A model generated the notes under the pieces. That model had not been told where the DNA came from, did no database searches, and was given only the letters and a program-made list of their open reading frames with translations. Shown piece after piece: positions 9,896-17,855 of a stretch of DNA of 64,000 nucleotides. The stretch is taken from assembly GCA_038845265.1 (NCBI GenBank), contig JAWBQR010000004.1:45978-109977 (forward strand), read 5' to 3'. The position numbers were made by a program, and so were the translations under genes. Source of the stretch: Nitrososphaerota archaeon. GTDB taxonomy: Archaea > Thermoproteota > Nitrososphaeria_A > Caldarchaeales > Calditenuaceae. How positions within the stretch are numbered: the first letter of the stretch is position 1; each line of letters opens with the position of its first letter.

Positions 9896-10942
9896 ATTAT
9901 TAAGAAATTAAAAAAGAACGATATTACTTTTTGTCTCTTCACTTACTCAGAGATAAAACCCAAATAATTACAATCCTTCAATCAGTGTTCTTTAGACAGC
10001 CATCATGGTCCTTATGTACATCAGAAAAGACTTGCTCAGCGCTCAAGATCATCTTCATTGACTCCGACTGGCCAGACACATCATCGCTGATATGAGTCTG
10101 TATCTTTTTGTTATTTATGTTTTCTGTTGCCTCTTATTAGTCAATCATCATTATCGATATCTTGCTTTTTGATAACTTTTTATTATTCCAGGCAAACCTA
10201 AGGGCTAGTACGTAGAGTAGAAACTACTGATTCATCTCTATGCCGACAAGAACTTGGAAAAAGGGCGTCCCATAAATTCAGGCGTTCTATTTAGACTATA
10301 AGCATGGATATAATCTGTGGAATCTATGCTGGTCTGCCGATAGAGAGGCTTACGAATTCTTTATATTCATCGACTTTGGCCGATATATTATGATGCTCAG
10401 AATTTTTTAATTGTTTCGCTAGTGTTTTCAGGGCTTCCAAACCTAGTATGGTCCCCACGTATGGAACTTAATCTTGGAGTGTGGGAAGCTAATCCTCCTA
10501 TAGACGTGTACGCCATGAGGACCGGTGAATGTGCGACTGAGTTAGAAGAATACTTAATAAATACTTTGCTAATTGCTTTTGAGATTCTAGACAGGCGGTG
10601 ATTCGTTTTATTTCAGAGATGGGAAATAAATATGATGGTTTATTCGCACTTCAGTTTAGAGAGACAAACAACGAGGACGAGGCGGACGTAATTTTTTTAT
10701 GCTGACCAACTAGGTATGGGGATTGGAGTGATAACATTTTTATCTAATACGCCTCCTTTTGAAGTAGTAGATTGTGAAGTCGGCATAGCAAACATATATG
10801 TGCGGTCTCTGGTTATACTTCATGAACTCTATCATACACTTGGAACCCATAAAACCATGAAAGAGGCTTCCTTTTGGGAATGAATGCAATTGGACAGGTT
10901 CATTATCGCAAATTCTAAATGCAGAATGACGGTTTTATATCT

Positions 10943-12127
10943 TTATTTTTGAGGAGTATCTGTTAGCTTCATTTTCAAAGGCAGTGGCATGTGTCTTCTG
11001 CTTGTCGAGATGTATATGATGTCTTCGTCTCTGATTCCTGCATCGATAAGTTTCTGGTCGTCATTCAGTCTTTTTGTGCCGTGGAGTATCTCTGGGTCTG
11101 GAAAGCTATATCTGAGGGCTATTATCTCTTTAAGAGTCTGGATAGTCCAGTCGGGATGAGCATTTATTGATTGTACCTGTTCTTCTACGTCCCCGCATAC
11201 TATGCATTCCTTCATTCTTGCGAGTTTTACTCTTGTTAATCTTGAATGTAATGCGTCATAGACAAACAACCCAGTATCGGGCTCGCCCAGTCTGCCTTTG
11301 TGTAAAAGTTTTATGACCTGAGTAGTCATGAGTCCTGCAATTGTGGCTGAGACGCTCTGAATTGCAGGCGACTTAGGTTTCAGCCTATCCCTCACTTCAA
11401 GGATTAATTTACTAAGTTCTGGAGCTAATTCATTAATAATATTCTCTAACTTACTATACTTTAGGTCGTATATCGTCTTAATATTTAATCTAAAAAGCTC
11501 TTCCGCTACTTCTCTGCTGATTACTATGCCTTGTTCCATCAGGTCCTTTACTAGCTCATCCGGACTCCTTCTCCTAAGCGTGCATTCAGCCAATCTCTCT
11601 TCACGTGATATGAGGTTTTCACCATGACATTCTAGACATGCAGTTCTTCCAGGAATCACTACTTGGACATTTCCATAAAATCCCTCAATGCTCCCATCGA
11701 CCATAGGCTTACCTAGCGAGACGCAGAGGGAATTTAACCATCTCCTAACACCCCAGCTATCAAGACACGAGCAGACTACGTCAGAATCCTCGAAGACTTT
11801 CTCAGGCAACTGTCTCACATCTGAATTGTAATACACAACGTCGACGAATCTATTCATACTTTTTATTTTTTGAGCAGCTACCTCACTTTTAGGCTTACCA
11901 ATATCATTCTCAGTGAATAGCATCTGTCTACTCAGGTTGCTTAACTCTACAACATCATTATCAATCAATACTAATTTTCCAATGCCCATTAATGCTAAGT
12001 TCTTAGCTACCTCGCAACCAAGTGCACCTACTCCCACAATAGCAACCGCACCATTCTGAACGGAGCTCTGATCCCATCCAGGAGTCCTTGCCTGCCTATC
12101 GTATCTTTCTTGAATTTCTGTGTCCAT
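10943..12127 (-). CDS. E1-like ubiquitin-activating enzyme (ThiF/MoeB adenylation domain + Zn motif + C-terminal possible ubiquitin-fold domain)
   Basis: RYDRQ...AIVGVGALGCEVAKNLALMGIGKLVLIDNDVVELSNLSRQ is the E1/MoeB nucleotide-binding fold. CLECHGEN and CIVCGD form the paired CxxC zinc motif. About 90 aa after the second CxxC could be a ubiquitin-fold/β-grasp domain like the C-terminal domain of eukaryotic E1s (inferred from position, not from a recognised motif). It is the last gene of the Ubl-E2-E1 operon. Confidence 0.85.
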   Translation of the reverse strand: MDTEIQERYDRQARTPGWDQSSVQNGAVAIVGVGALGCEVAKNLALMGIGKLVLIDNDVVELSNLSRQMLFTENDIGKPKSEVAAQKIKSMNRFVDVVYYNSDVRQLPEKVFEDSDVVCSCLDSWGVRRWLNSLCVSLGKPMVDGSIEGFYGNVQVVIPGRTACLECHGENLISREERLAECTLRRRSPDELVKDLMEQGIVISREVAEELFRLNIKTIYDLKYSKLENIINELAPELSKLILEVRDRLKPKSPAIQSVSATIAGLMTTQVIKLLHKGRLGEPDTGLFVYDALHSRLTRVKLARMKECIVCGDVEEQVQSINAHPDWTIQTLKEIIALRYSFPDPEILHGTKRLNDDQKLIDAGIRDEDIIYISTSRRHMPLPLKMKLTDTPQK

Positions 12128-12133
12128 GTTGTT

Positions 12134-12628
12134 TCAAAGATATACTGATGAGCTCTCAGGAGTGGCATAGAGATTTATGTATTGTCTAACCCTAGCAATG
12201 AATCGCTCTGGCCAATTCTTCATCTCGTGGGCTGCCCATGCATTTAGGGGATCGTCAGGGTTAGGGTTCGTCAATAGATTTTTCAAGGCTTCTATTACTG
12301 ATACAACATGCATATTGGGATACCAGTCCTTGTTAAGTATAGACTCACATATCCTAGCAGGAACCTCATCTGTAAAGTTTGGATGCCAGATCCTGGTGTG
12401 CCAAACTACCTGTGGAGGTGTGAATGGAAATGACCGCTGCAAAAAGATCTCAACGACGAATACTCCGCCCTCATATATCCCAGTACCAATTATTGTCCCC
12501 TTATAGTGTGTCAAATCTCCATATACAGCGTCGAAGGTAGGCTCATAGTTCCTGATTAACTGGTACTCTTGTGCTAGGCGCTTCTCCCACTTTGCCTGTG
12601 AGAGCATGCCTACCTCCGACGACTCCAT
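12134..12628 (-). CDS. E2-like ubiquitin-conjugating enzyme (UBC fold)
   Basis: Canonical UBC active-site block WHTRIWHPNFTDEVPARICESILNKDWYPNMHV (HPN motif, catalytic Cys, W-x-P). Length 164 aa. There is a 6-nt gap to the E1 gene and a 2-nt gap to the Ubl gene. Confidence 0.85.
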   Translation of the reverse strand: MESSEVGMLSQAKWEKRLAQEYQLIRNYEPTFDAVYGDLTHYKGTIIGTGIYEGGVFVVEIFLQRSFPFTPPQVVWHTRIWHPNFTDEVPARICESILNKDWYPNMHVVSVIEALKNLLTNPNPDDPLNAWAAHEMKNWPERFIARVRQYINLYATPESSSVYL

Positions 12629-12630
12629 GA

Positions 12631-12867
12631 CTATCCACCTACTGTCCTAGTGATCAGGACTAACTTGTCTCCTTCTGCTACGCCTGCTGAAGAAAGTGTT
12701 TCAGTGTCGTTCAGCGCACGGCCTTTATAGGTCAGACGAGTATCATCAGGCCTTAGCTTCTTCATAGCGCAGACACGCATCTTTATGGCGCCTATACTAG
12801 CTGTCGGAGGCACATCTAACTCAATTGGTGGGCCACCACCGACTGCCGGTACTATCCGGATCTTCAA
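12631..12867 (-). CDS. ubiquitin-like small modifier (beta-grasp), C-terminal Gly-Gly directly followed by stop
   Basis: 78-aa protein MKIRIVP...GDKLVLITRTVGG*. It starts with a beta-strand (K-I-R-I-V), has a hydrophobic patch region and ends in a GG C-terminus with no pro-peptide. It is the first gene of the operon with E2 and E1. Confidence 0.8.
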   Translation of the reverse strand: MKIRIVPAVGGGPPIELDVPPTASIGAIKMRVCAMKKLRPDDTRLTYKGRALNDTETLSSAGVAEGDKLVLITRTVGG

Positions 12868-13056
12868 ATCTACTCAACGGTTTTTTAGCCAGTGGCATAT
12901 AAAAATGTTAACTTAACTCCAGAAGCTAGTCATGGCTACATTATCGATGTAGCACACCACCATTGAGGTATTCTCTACAGAGTCTTAAGAAAATACATAT
13001 TTAGCAGTTAAAAAAGCCGAGTTTATAGGCAAGCTTAACATATATATTCCAAAGAA
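12868..13056. promoter_or_regulatory. divergent promoter region between Ubl-E2-E1 operon and JAMM gene
   Basis: A TATA-like element on the minus strand (complement of GCATATAAAAATG, 12895-12907) sits ~30 bp upstream of the Ubl start. TATA-like TTTATAGG (13022-13029) sits ~30 bp upstream of the JAMM start, implying near-leaderless mRNAs. Between them is the inverted repeat CTACAT-tatcg-ATGTAG (12936-12952). Confidence 0.4.
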
Positions 13057-13674
13057 TTGCGGGTTAGGATATTTCCCGTGGCGTTGGGTAAAGTTATCTA
13101 TCATGCATCAACTAGCCCTAATGTTGAGGTGGCAGGATTATTGCTGGGCAAAGAGACGAGAGGAATAGTTGAGGTGTGGGACGCTGTTACTGGGCCACAG
13201 GAGGGGCACGCTGGATATGTAAAATTAAATGAGGAAGTCATGGCGATTGTAGCAGAAAAATTAATGACGCTTGGATTAGATATTTACATAGTTGGTTGGT
13301 ATCATTCTCACCCTGGATATGGTCTCTTTCTCTCCGCAATAGATGTCCGCACCCAGCTTGCATATCAAGCCTTATATCCAAAATCAATAGCGTTAGTAAT
13401 CGATCCATCCAAGTTTATAGAGCATGGAGACATAACTGATGTTGCATTTAAAGTTTTTAGAGTAGACGGTAAATTAGGAGTAATCGAAGTACCGTCATCC
13501 ATAGGCATGGATAGGAAAAAGGTATTGGAGTCTACACTTGCCGCTCTTAAAGGGTTAAACATTGACAACTCATTTCTGCTTCAAGAGTCGCCCTTAATGT
13601 TTGACAGAGCTAAGAAAGCCCTAGTAGATGTCGGTAAGAAGATATTTAGACGTGAAGTGGTGAGCAAGAAATGA
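13057..13674 (+). CDS. JAMM/MPN+ metalloisopeptidase (Rpn11/deubiquitinase-like) with C-terminal extension
   Basis: JAMM motif E-x(n)-HSHPGYGLFLSAID (EVAGLLLGK ... WYHSHPGYGLFLSAIDV). The gene is divergent from the Ubl operon across 189 bp. The ORF begins at TTG 13057, with a TATA-like TTTATAGG about 31 bp upstream. About 70 extra C-terminal residues lie beyond the MPN core. Confidence 0.85.
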   Translation: MRVRIFPVALGKVIYHASTSPNVEVAGLLLGKETRGIVEVWDAVTGPQEGHAGYVKLNEEVMAIVAEKLMTLGLDIYIVGWYHSHPGYGLFLSAIDVRTQLAYQALYPKSIALVIDPSKFIEHGDITDVAFKVFRVDGKLGVIEVPSSIGMDRKKVLESTLAALKGLNIDNSFLLQESPLMFDRAKKALVDVGKKIFRREVVSKK

Positions 13675-14456
13675 GTGAACGAAAGAAGATAGTAATTAAA
13701 AGGCGTTTATTTGACCAGGCACCAGAAGGCACCTTGCCATTAGTTCCTGAGACTGAGAAACCCAAGGAGAGAGAAGAAGACTTGACTTCTCAGCAACAGC
13801 AACCATTTGAAAATCTGAGCAAACCTCATGATTTATCAATTATTGATGCAGCAATTGAAAGATTTAATGAATTAATGAATAAAATAACTGAAATTAGGAG
13901 TAGGGATAGAACTATGCAGAAAGTTTTCCATAGGCAAGACTTTGTAGATCTAAGAGTGATAAAAAAGAAGCTGGATGAGTTGACAAACATGAGGAGCGAG
14001 GTATTGGCTGATGCCGGGCCAGTCGAGAATCTTCTTAATGAAGCTGTCAGCGTACTGGAAGCAGAGATGGTGAAACTTGAAGAGCAGTTATTTGAAAAAT
14101 TAGTAGAGATTGAATCTATTAGGGATTCTAATAATAAGTTGGAAATAGATAAATCAATACTCGAAAAACTCGAGGAAGAAGCTGACCGTATACGTGAAAA
14201 TATTTCCTCCGTTCATGGAAGAATATCTGAACTCCAATCAAAGATAGAACAGTTGAAGTCATTACCTCAGTCTATTAATGAATTAACTACGAGTGATGAG
14301 ATAGCTGAACCTCTCCTTAGGGATCTTATTTCCAGATTCAAGGATGAGGCAAGGGTCAATTCTGCAATTGAGAAAGTAATGCAAGATGAAGCAGTTCCGA
14401 AGCAATATGCAATAATATATTTGTGGAAAAGGCTCTATAAACCGAAAGTATCATGA
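13671..14456 (+). CDS. coiled-coil protein of unknown function, translationally coupled to the JAMM gene
   Basis: 261 aa, Cys-free. Disordered acidic/Q-rich N-terminus, then long heptad-like helices (ELTNMRSEVLADAG...LEAEMVKLEEQLFEKLVEIESIRD...). Its ATG overlaps the JAMM stop (ATGA at 13671-13674). Confidence 0.55.
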   Translation: MSERKKIVIKRRLFDQAPEGTLPLVPETEKPKEREEDLTSQQQQPFENLSKPHDLSIIDAAIERFNELMNKITEIRSRDRTMQKVFHRQDFVDLRVIKKKLDELTNMRSEVLADAGPVENLLNEAVSVLEAEMVKLEEQLFEKLVEIESIRDSNNKLEIDKSILEKLEEEADRIRENISSVHGRISELQSKIEQLKSLPQSINELTTSDEIAEPLLRDLISRFKDEARVNSAIEKVMQDEAVPKQYAIIYLWKRLYKPKVS

Positions 14457-14513
14457 TCGTCTGTGGAAATATTAAAATAGTGTTTTATTATCTATGATTT
14501 TAAAGATCGGGGT

Positions 14514-15068
14514 TTGGCGTACGCGTTGCTGTTTTTAGGAATTGATAATTTCTTCTCATTGCTTATTAGTAATGTTCTTCATCTCGTCGCGCCATTCATG
14601 CTAATTCTGGGCTCGATTCTGGCTTTTACAGGGCGTAGGCTAATTAAGCTGCTTGTATTTTTTGCCGGTGGACTATTAGGCGGTGCGATGGCATATTTTC
14701 TTGCGTTGGATATATTTGGAGAGACTTGGGCATTAATAATAAGTATAGTTGGATTCGTAGGTATCGGATTGCTCTGTGTTGCTTTTATTCCAATTGTTTT
14801 TGGCATATCGATAGGGTTCTTGGCATATCATGCAGCGGGTGTATTTTTTGAAAATGTATTGATCTGTATTATTGTGGGAGTTGTTGCGTTTGTAATTGGT
14901 ATACTTCTCTACAATCACGTTCTTTCGATCATTACCGCAATTGTCGGTGGGTCATTAATACTTCAAGGTCTTGTCTCATTAGGGATACCTACATACACAT
15001 CAATTATAGTTACATTCTTATTAATAATCGCTGGAGTTGTATTTCAGTTTCGCCAACTTTCTAAATAG
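14514..15068 (+). CDS. small polytopic membrane protein (4-5 TM), unknown function
   Basis: 184 aa made almost entirely of hydrophobic helices with GG/GxxxG packing motifs. Same strand and 57 nt downstream of the coiled-coil gene. Confidence 0.5.
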   Translation: MAYALLFLGIDNFFSLLISNVLHLVAPFMLILGSILAFTGRRLIKLLVFFAGGLLGGAMAYFLALDIFGETWALIISIVGFVGIGLLCVAFIPIVFGISIGFLAYHAAGVFFENVLICIIVGVVAFVIGILLYNHVLSIITAIVGGSLILQGLVSLGIPTYTSIIVTFLLIIAGVVFQFRQLSK

Positions 15069-15112
15069 TTTATCATAGATGTATATTTAAATAGAGGGAG
15101 AATCTTCTCTAG

Positions 15113-17083
15113 ATGTCTGCCGCTACACGTGTTAGAAGGCAGTTTACTAAATTGATAGTTGTTGAAGCTGGGGAAGGAATAATGTTGAACAAGTTAAGGG
15201 ATGAGGTTTTCAACTACCTCGCAAGCATCGGCAAGGGCGAGAGAATAGCTACGAGAATAGACTTCGAAGGCCCACGTCTAGTGATATATACTGATAGGCC
15301 TGAAATCTTCGCTGAGAGAAATAAAGTAGCAAAAGAACTTGTAAACTTAATAAAGAAACGCGTAATCATAAGACCTGACGAATCGCTTAGGAAACCAAAA
15401 GACGAGGCGAAAAAAGTACTAGAGGAATTTTTGAGAGACATAGAATTCACTATATATTTTGATGATAATTTCGGCGAAGTGATAATAGAAGGAAAAGATC
15501 CACGCATCTACAAGATACTCGACCAGTCCTCAACCACTCCTTTAGAACAGAATATTGGATGGATAATAAATGTCTATAGAACCCCACTACTAGCATCCAA
15601 AACTGTTGAAAAATTGAAGCGATACATATTTGGAGATACGGAGAAACGAGTAGAAATACTTAGATCAATAGGAGAGAAAGTCTTTAGAGACCAGTTATTC
15701 GAGCCAGGCGAAGTAACTGTAACGGTCCTTGGATCTGGCATGCAGGTAGGTAGGTCAGCTCTACTCGTTAGGACGAGAGAAAGCACGGTCCTGCTAGACT
15801 GTGGAATTAATGCAGGTGCTTCAAAAAACATCGACATGCTACCGAGATTTGATGCCGTGCCAGACCTTATAGACTCGCTTGATGCAGTCGTGATTACTCA
15901 TTCACATATGGACCATCACGGCGCGTTGCCTCTCCTATTCAAATATGGTTACCGAGGCCCTGTTTACATGACGGAGCCCACACTTCCCCTCCTACTTATG
16001 GAACAACTCGACTACGTTAATTTAGCTGGAAAGGAAGGATTTTTCCCCCTCTACACAGAAAATGAGGTTAGGCTTTTAGCACAATATGCAGTGACATTAA
16101 AATACGGCGTGGTGACAAATATTACGCCTGACATTAGATTGACTTTCTATAATGCTGGGCATATAATGGGTTCGGCTATCGCTCATCTACATATTGGAGA
16201 GGGATTCCATAACTTGGTTTATACAGGCGACTTCAAATTTGAGAAGACACGTATGCTTGACGCTGCGGCATCTAAGTTCCTCAGATTGGAGTCCTTGATA
16301 ATAGAGAGCACGTACGGCGCAACGCCTGTTCCATACACACGTGAAGAGAGTGAAAAGCTGGTCGCTGAGTATATCGGGAAAACAATTGAGAGAGGAGGCG
16401 TTGTGATTATTCCGGTACCATCCGTTGGCAGGGCCCAAGAAATAATGTTGGTGATTAAAAATCTGTTTGAATCTAAAGAGATACCGGAGGCGCCCATATT
16501 CCTTGATGGACTACTAATAGAGGCTACGGCGATACATACAATGTATCCTGAATATCTATCAGAGGAGATTCAGAAAGAGATTGAAGAGCATGGAAATGTA
16601 TTTCTGTCTGACTATTTCACGATTGTGAAGAGTCACCAACATAGGGAGGAAATACTCGAAAGCAAAGAGCCGGCAATAATAATAGCCACTTCGGGCATGC
16701 TTGAAGGCGGGCCAATACTGAAGTACTTCAGAGAATTCGCTGGTGACGAAAAAAACTTACTTTTATTCGTCAGTTACCAAGTTGAAGGAACTCTGGGAAG
16801 AAAACTTTTGAAAAAAATAAATGAAGTCCAGCTATTGAACGAGGAAGGAAAGCAAGAGGTTATTAAGGTTAATCTTGAGATAGAGAAAGTCGATGGGTTC
16901 TCTGGACATTCAAGCAGACAGCAGATAATCAATTACATTAGAAGAATTTCTCCAAGGCCAAAGCAAATACTATTTGTTCATGGCGAGCCGGAGGCAACCA
17001 CGAATATTGCATCAAGTATTAAAAAGATGATGCCGGTAGAGATTTACACGCCAAAGAATCTAGAGACGATAACTCTTACGTAA
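15113..17083 (+). CDS. aCPSF1 (KH-KH-beta-CASP/metallo-beta-lactamase ribonuclease; archaeal transcription termination factor FttA-type)
   Basis: N-terminal KH region, MBL motif VITHSHMDHHGALP, beta-CASP motifs and C-terminal ...FSGHSSRQQIINYI...FVHGEP. The 656-aa length is typical. Confidence 0.9.
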   Translation: MSAATRVRRQFTKLIVVEAGEGIMLNKLRDEVFNYLASIGKGERIATRIDFEGPRLVIYTDRPEIFAERNKVAKELVNLIKKRVIIRPDESLRKPKDEAKKVLEEFLRDIEFTIYFDDNFGEVIIEGKDPRIYKILDQSSTTPLEQNIGWIINVYRTPLLASKTVEKLKRYIFGDTEKRVEILRSIGEKVFRDQLFEPGEVTVTVLGSGMQVGRSALLVRTRESTVLLDCGINAGASKNIDMLPRFDAVPDLIDSLDAVVITHSHMDHHGALPLLFKYGYRGPVYMTEPTLPLLLMEQLDYVNLAGKEGFFPLYTENEVRLLAQYAVTLKYGVVTNITPDIRLTFYNAGHIMGSAIAHLHIGEGFHNLVYTGDFKFEKTRMLDAAASKFLRLESLIIESTYGATPVPYTREESEKLVAEYIGKTIERGGVVIIPVPSVGRAQEIMLVIKNLFESKEIPEAPIFLDGLLIEATAIHTMYPEYLSEEIQKEIEEHGNVFLSDYFTIVKSHQHREEILESKEPAIIIATSGMLEGGPILKYFREFAGDEKNLLLFVSYQVEGTLGRKLLKKINEVQLLNEEGKQEVIKVNLEIEKVDGFSGHSSRQQIINYIRRISPRPKQILFVHGEPEATTNIASSIKKMMPVEIYTPKNLETITLT

Positions 17084-17124
17084 GGCAATTAACTTTAAAA
17101 TTCCTCGGTTAATTAAGATTAATT

Positions 17125-17838
17125 ATGCCGGCGCACATAAAGGCAAACAGAGGAGAAATAGCAGAAAGGGTAATCATTGCGGGTGATCCTGCTAGAGTTG
17201 AGCAACTATCCAGACTAATGGAGTGCTCCCGGTTAGTTAATGCTAATAGAGGTTTCATTACTTTTACTGGCAAGTATAAAAGTTTTGACATTTCAGTCGC
17301 TTGTCACGGAATAGGTGGCCCCTCAGCAGCAATAGTGTTCGAGGAGCTCGTATCCTTGGGTGCGAAATTAATCGTTAGGCTCGGAACCACAGGGGGTTTA
17401 AGGAGAGAGATTAAAAGGGGCGAATTCATAATTCCTACATTTGCAGGATATGTTTCAGGACCACTGGCACATTATTGCCGGGATTTTCCACCGTGTACTG
17501 CTCCCGACCTAGATTTGACCTTGGCCATAATTGGAGCAGTAAAGAAGCGAAATATACAGCCATATATTGGCCCCGTATTCTCAAACGATGCATTCTATGC
17601 AGAAAGTGAAAGTCTTGCAGAGCGACTTTCAGTCCTTGGATATATTGGAATCGAGATGGAATGCGCTACAATCTTCGGATTAGGAATGCTTCGAAATGTC
17701 AAAACAGCGTCTTTACTTGTAGTCTCTAACAATCTTATAGAGAAATCAGAACTAGCAGATGCTAGGGAGCTTCAACAATTTATTGAGATCGCAGGACTCT
17801 CGGTTATGGATGCATTGACGTCTATAAATGTAAAGTGA
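17125..17838 (+). CDS. purine/uridine nucleoside phosphorylase (PNP/UDP family 1)
   Basis: VIIAGDPARVE...FTGKYKSFDISVACHGIGGPSAAIVFEEL...VRLGTTGGL and a later IEMECATIF are hallmarks of the DeoD/Udp fold. Confidence 0.8.
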   Translation: MPAHIKANRGEIAERVIIAGDPARVEQLSRLMECSRLVNANRGFITFTGKYKSFDISVACHGIGGPSAAIVFEELVSLGAKLIVRLGTTGGLRREIKRGEFIIPTFAGYVSGPLAHYCRDFPPCTAPDLDLTLAIIGAVKKRNIQPYIGPVFSNDAFYAESESLAERLSVLGYIGIEMECATIFGLGMLRNVKTASLLVVSNNLIEKSELADARELQQFIEIAGLSVMDALTSINVK

Positions 17839-17855
17839 AAATTCCAAATCAATCA

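Noticed and set aside
10180-10445. ORB-like words (TTCCAGGCAAACC; TTCCAAACC) suggesting a replication origin in the ORF-free stretch
   Set aside because: There are only two weak partial matches, with no inverted arrangement around an AT-rich unwinding element and no orc1/cdc6 gene adjacent. It is kept only as a low-probability alternative in the finding on that region.
13671-14456. Coiled-coil protein as ESCRT-III/CdvB homolog
   Set aside because: The Snf7-like N-terminal basic helix and C-terminal acidic MIM arrangement is not evident; the N-terminus is acidic and disordered instead. I cannot support the assignment from sequence alone, so the protein is left as unknown.
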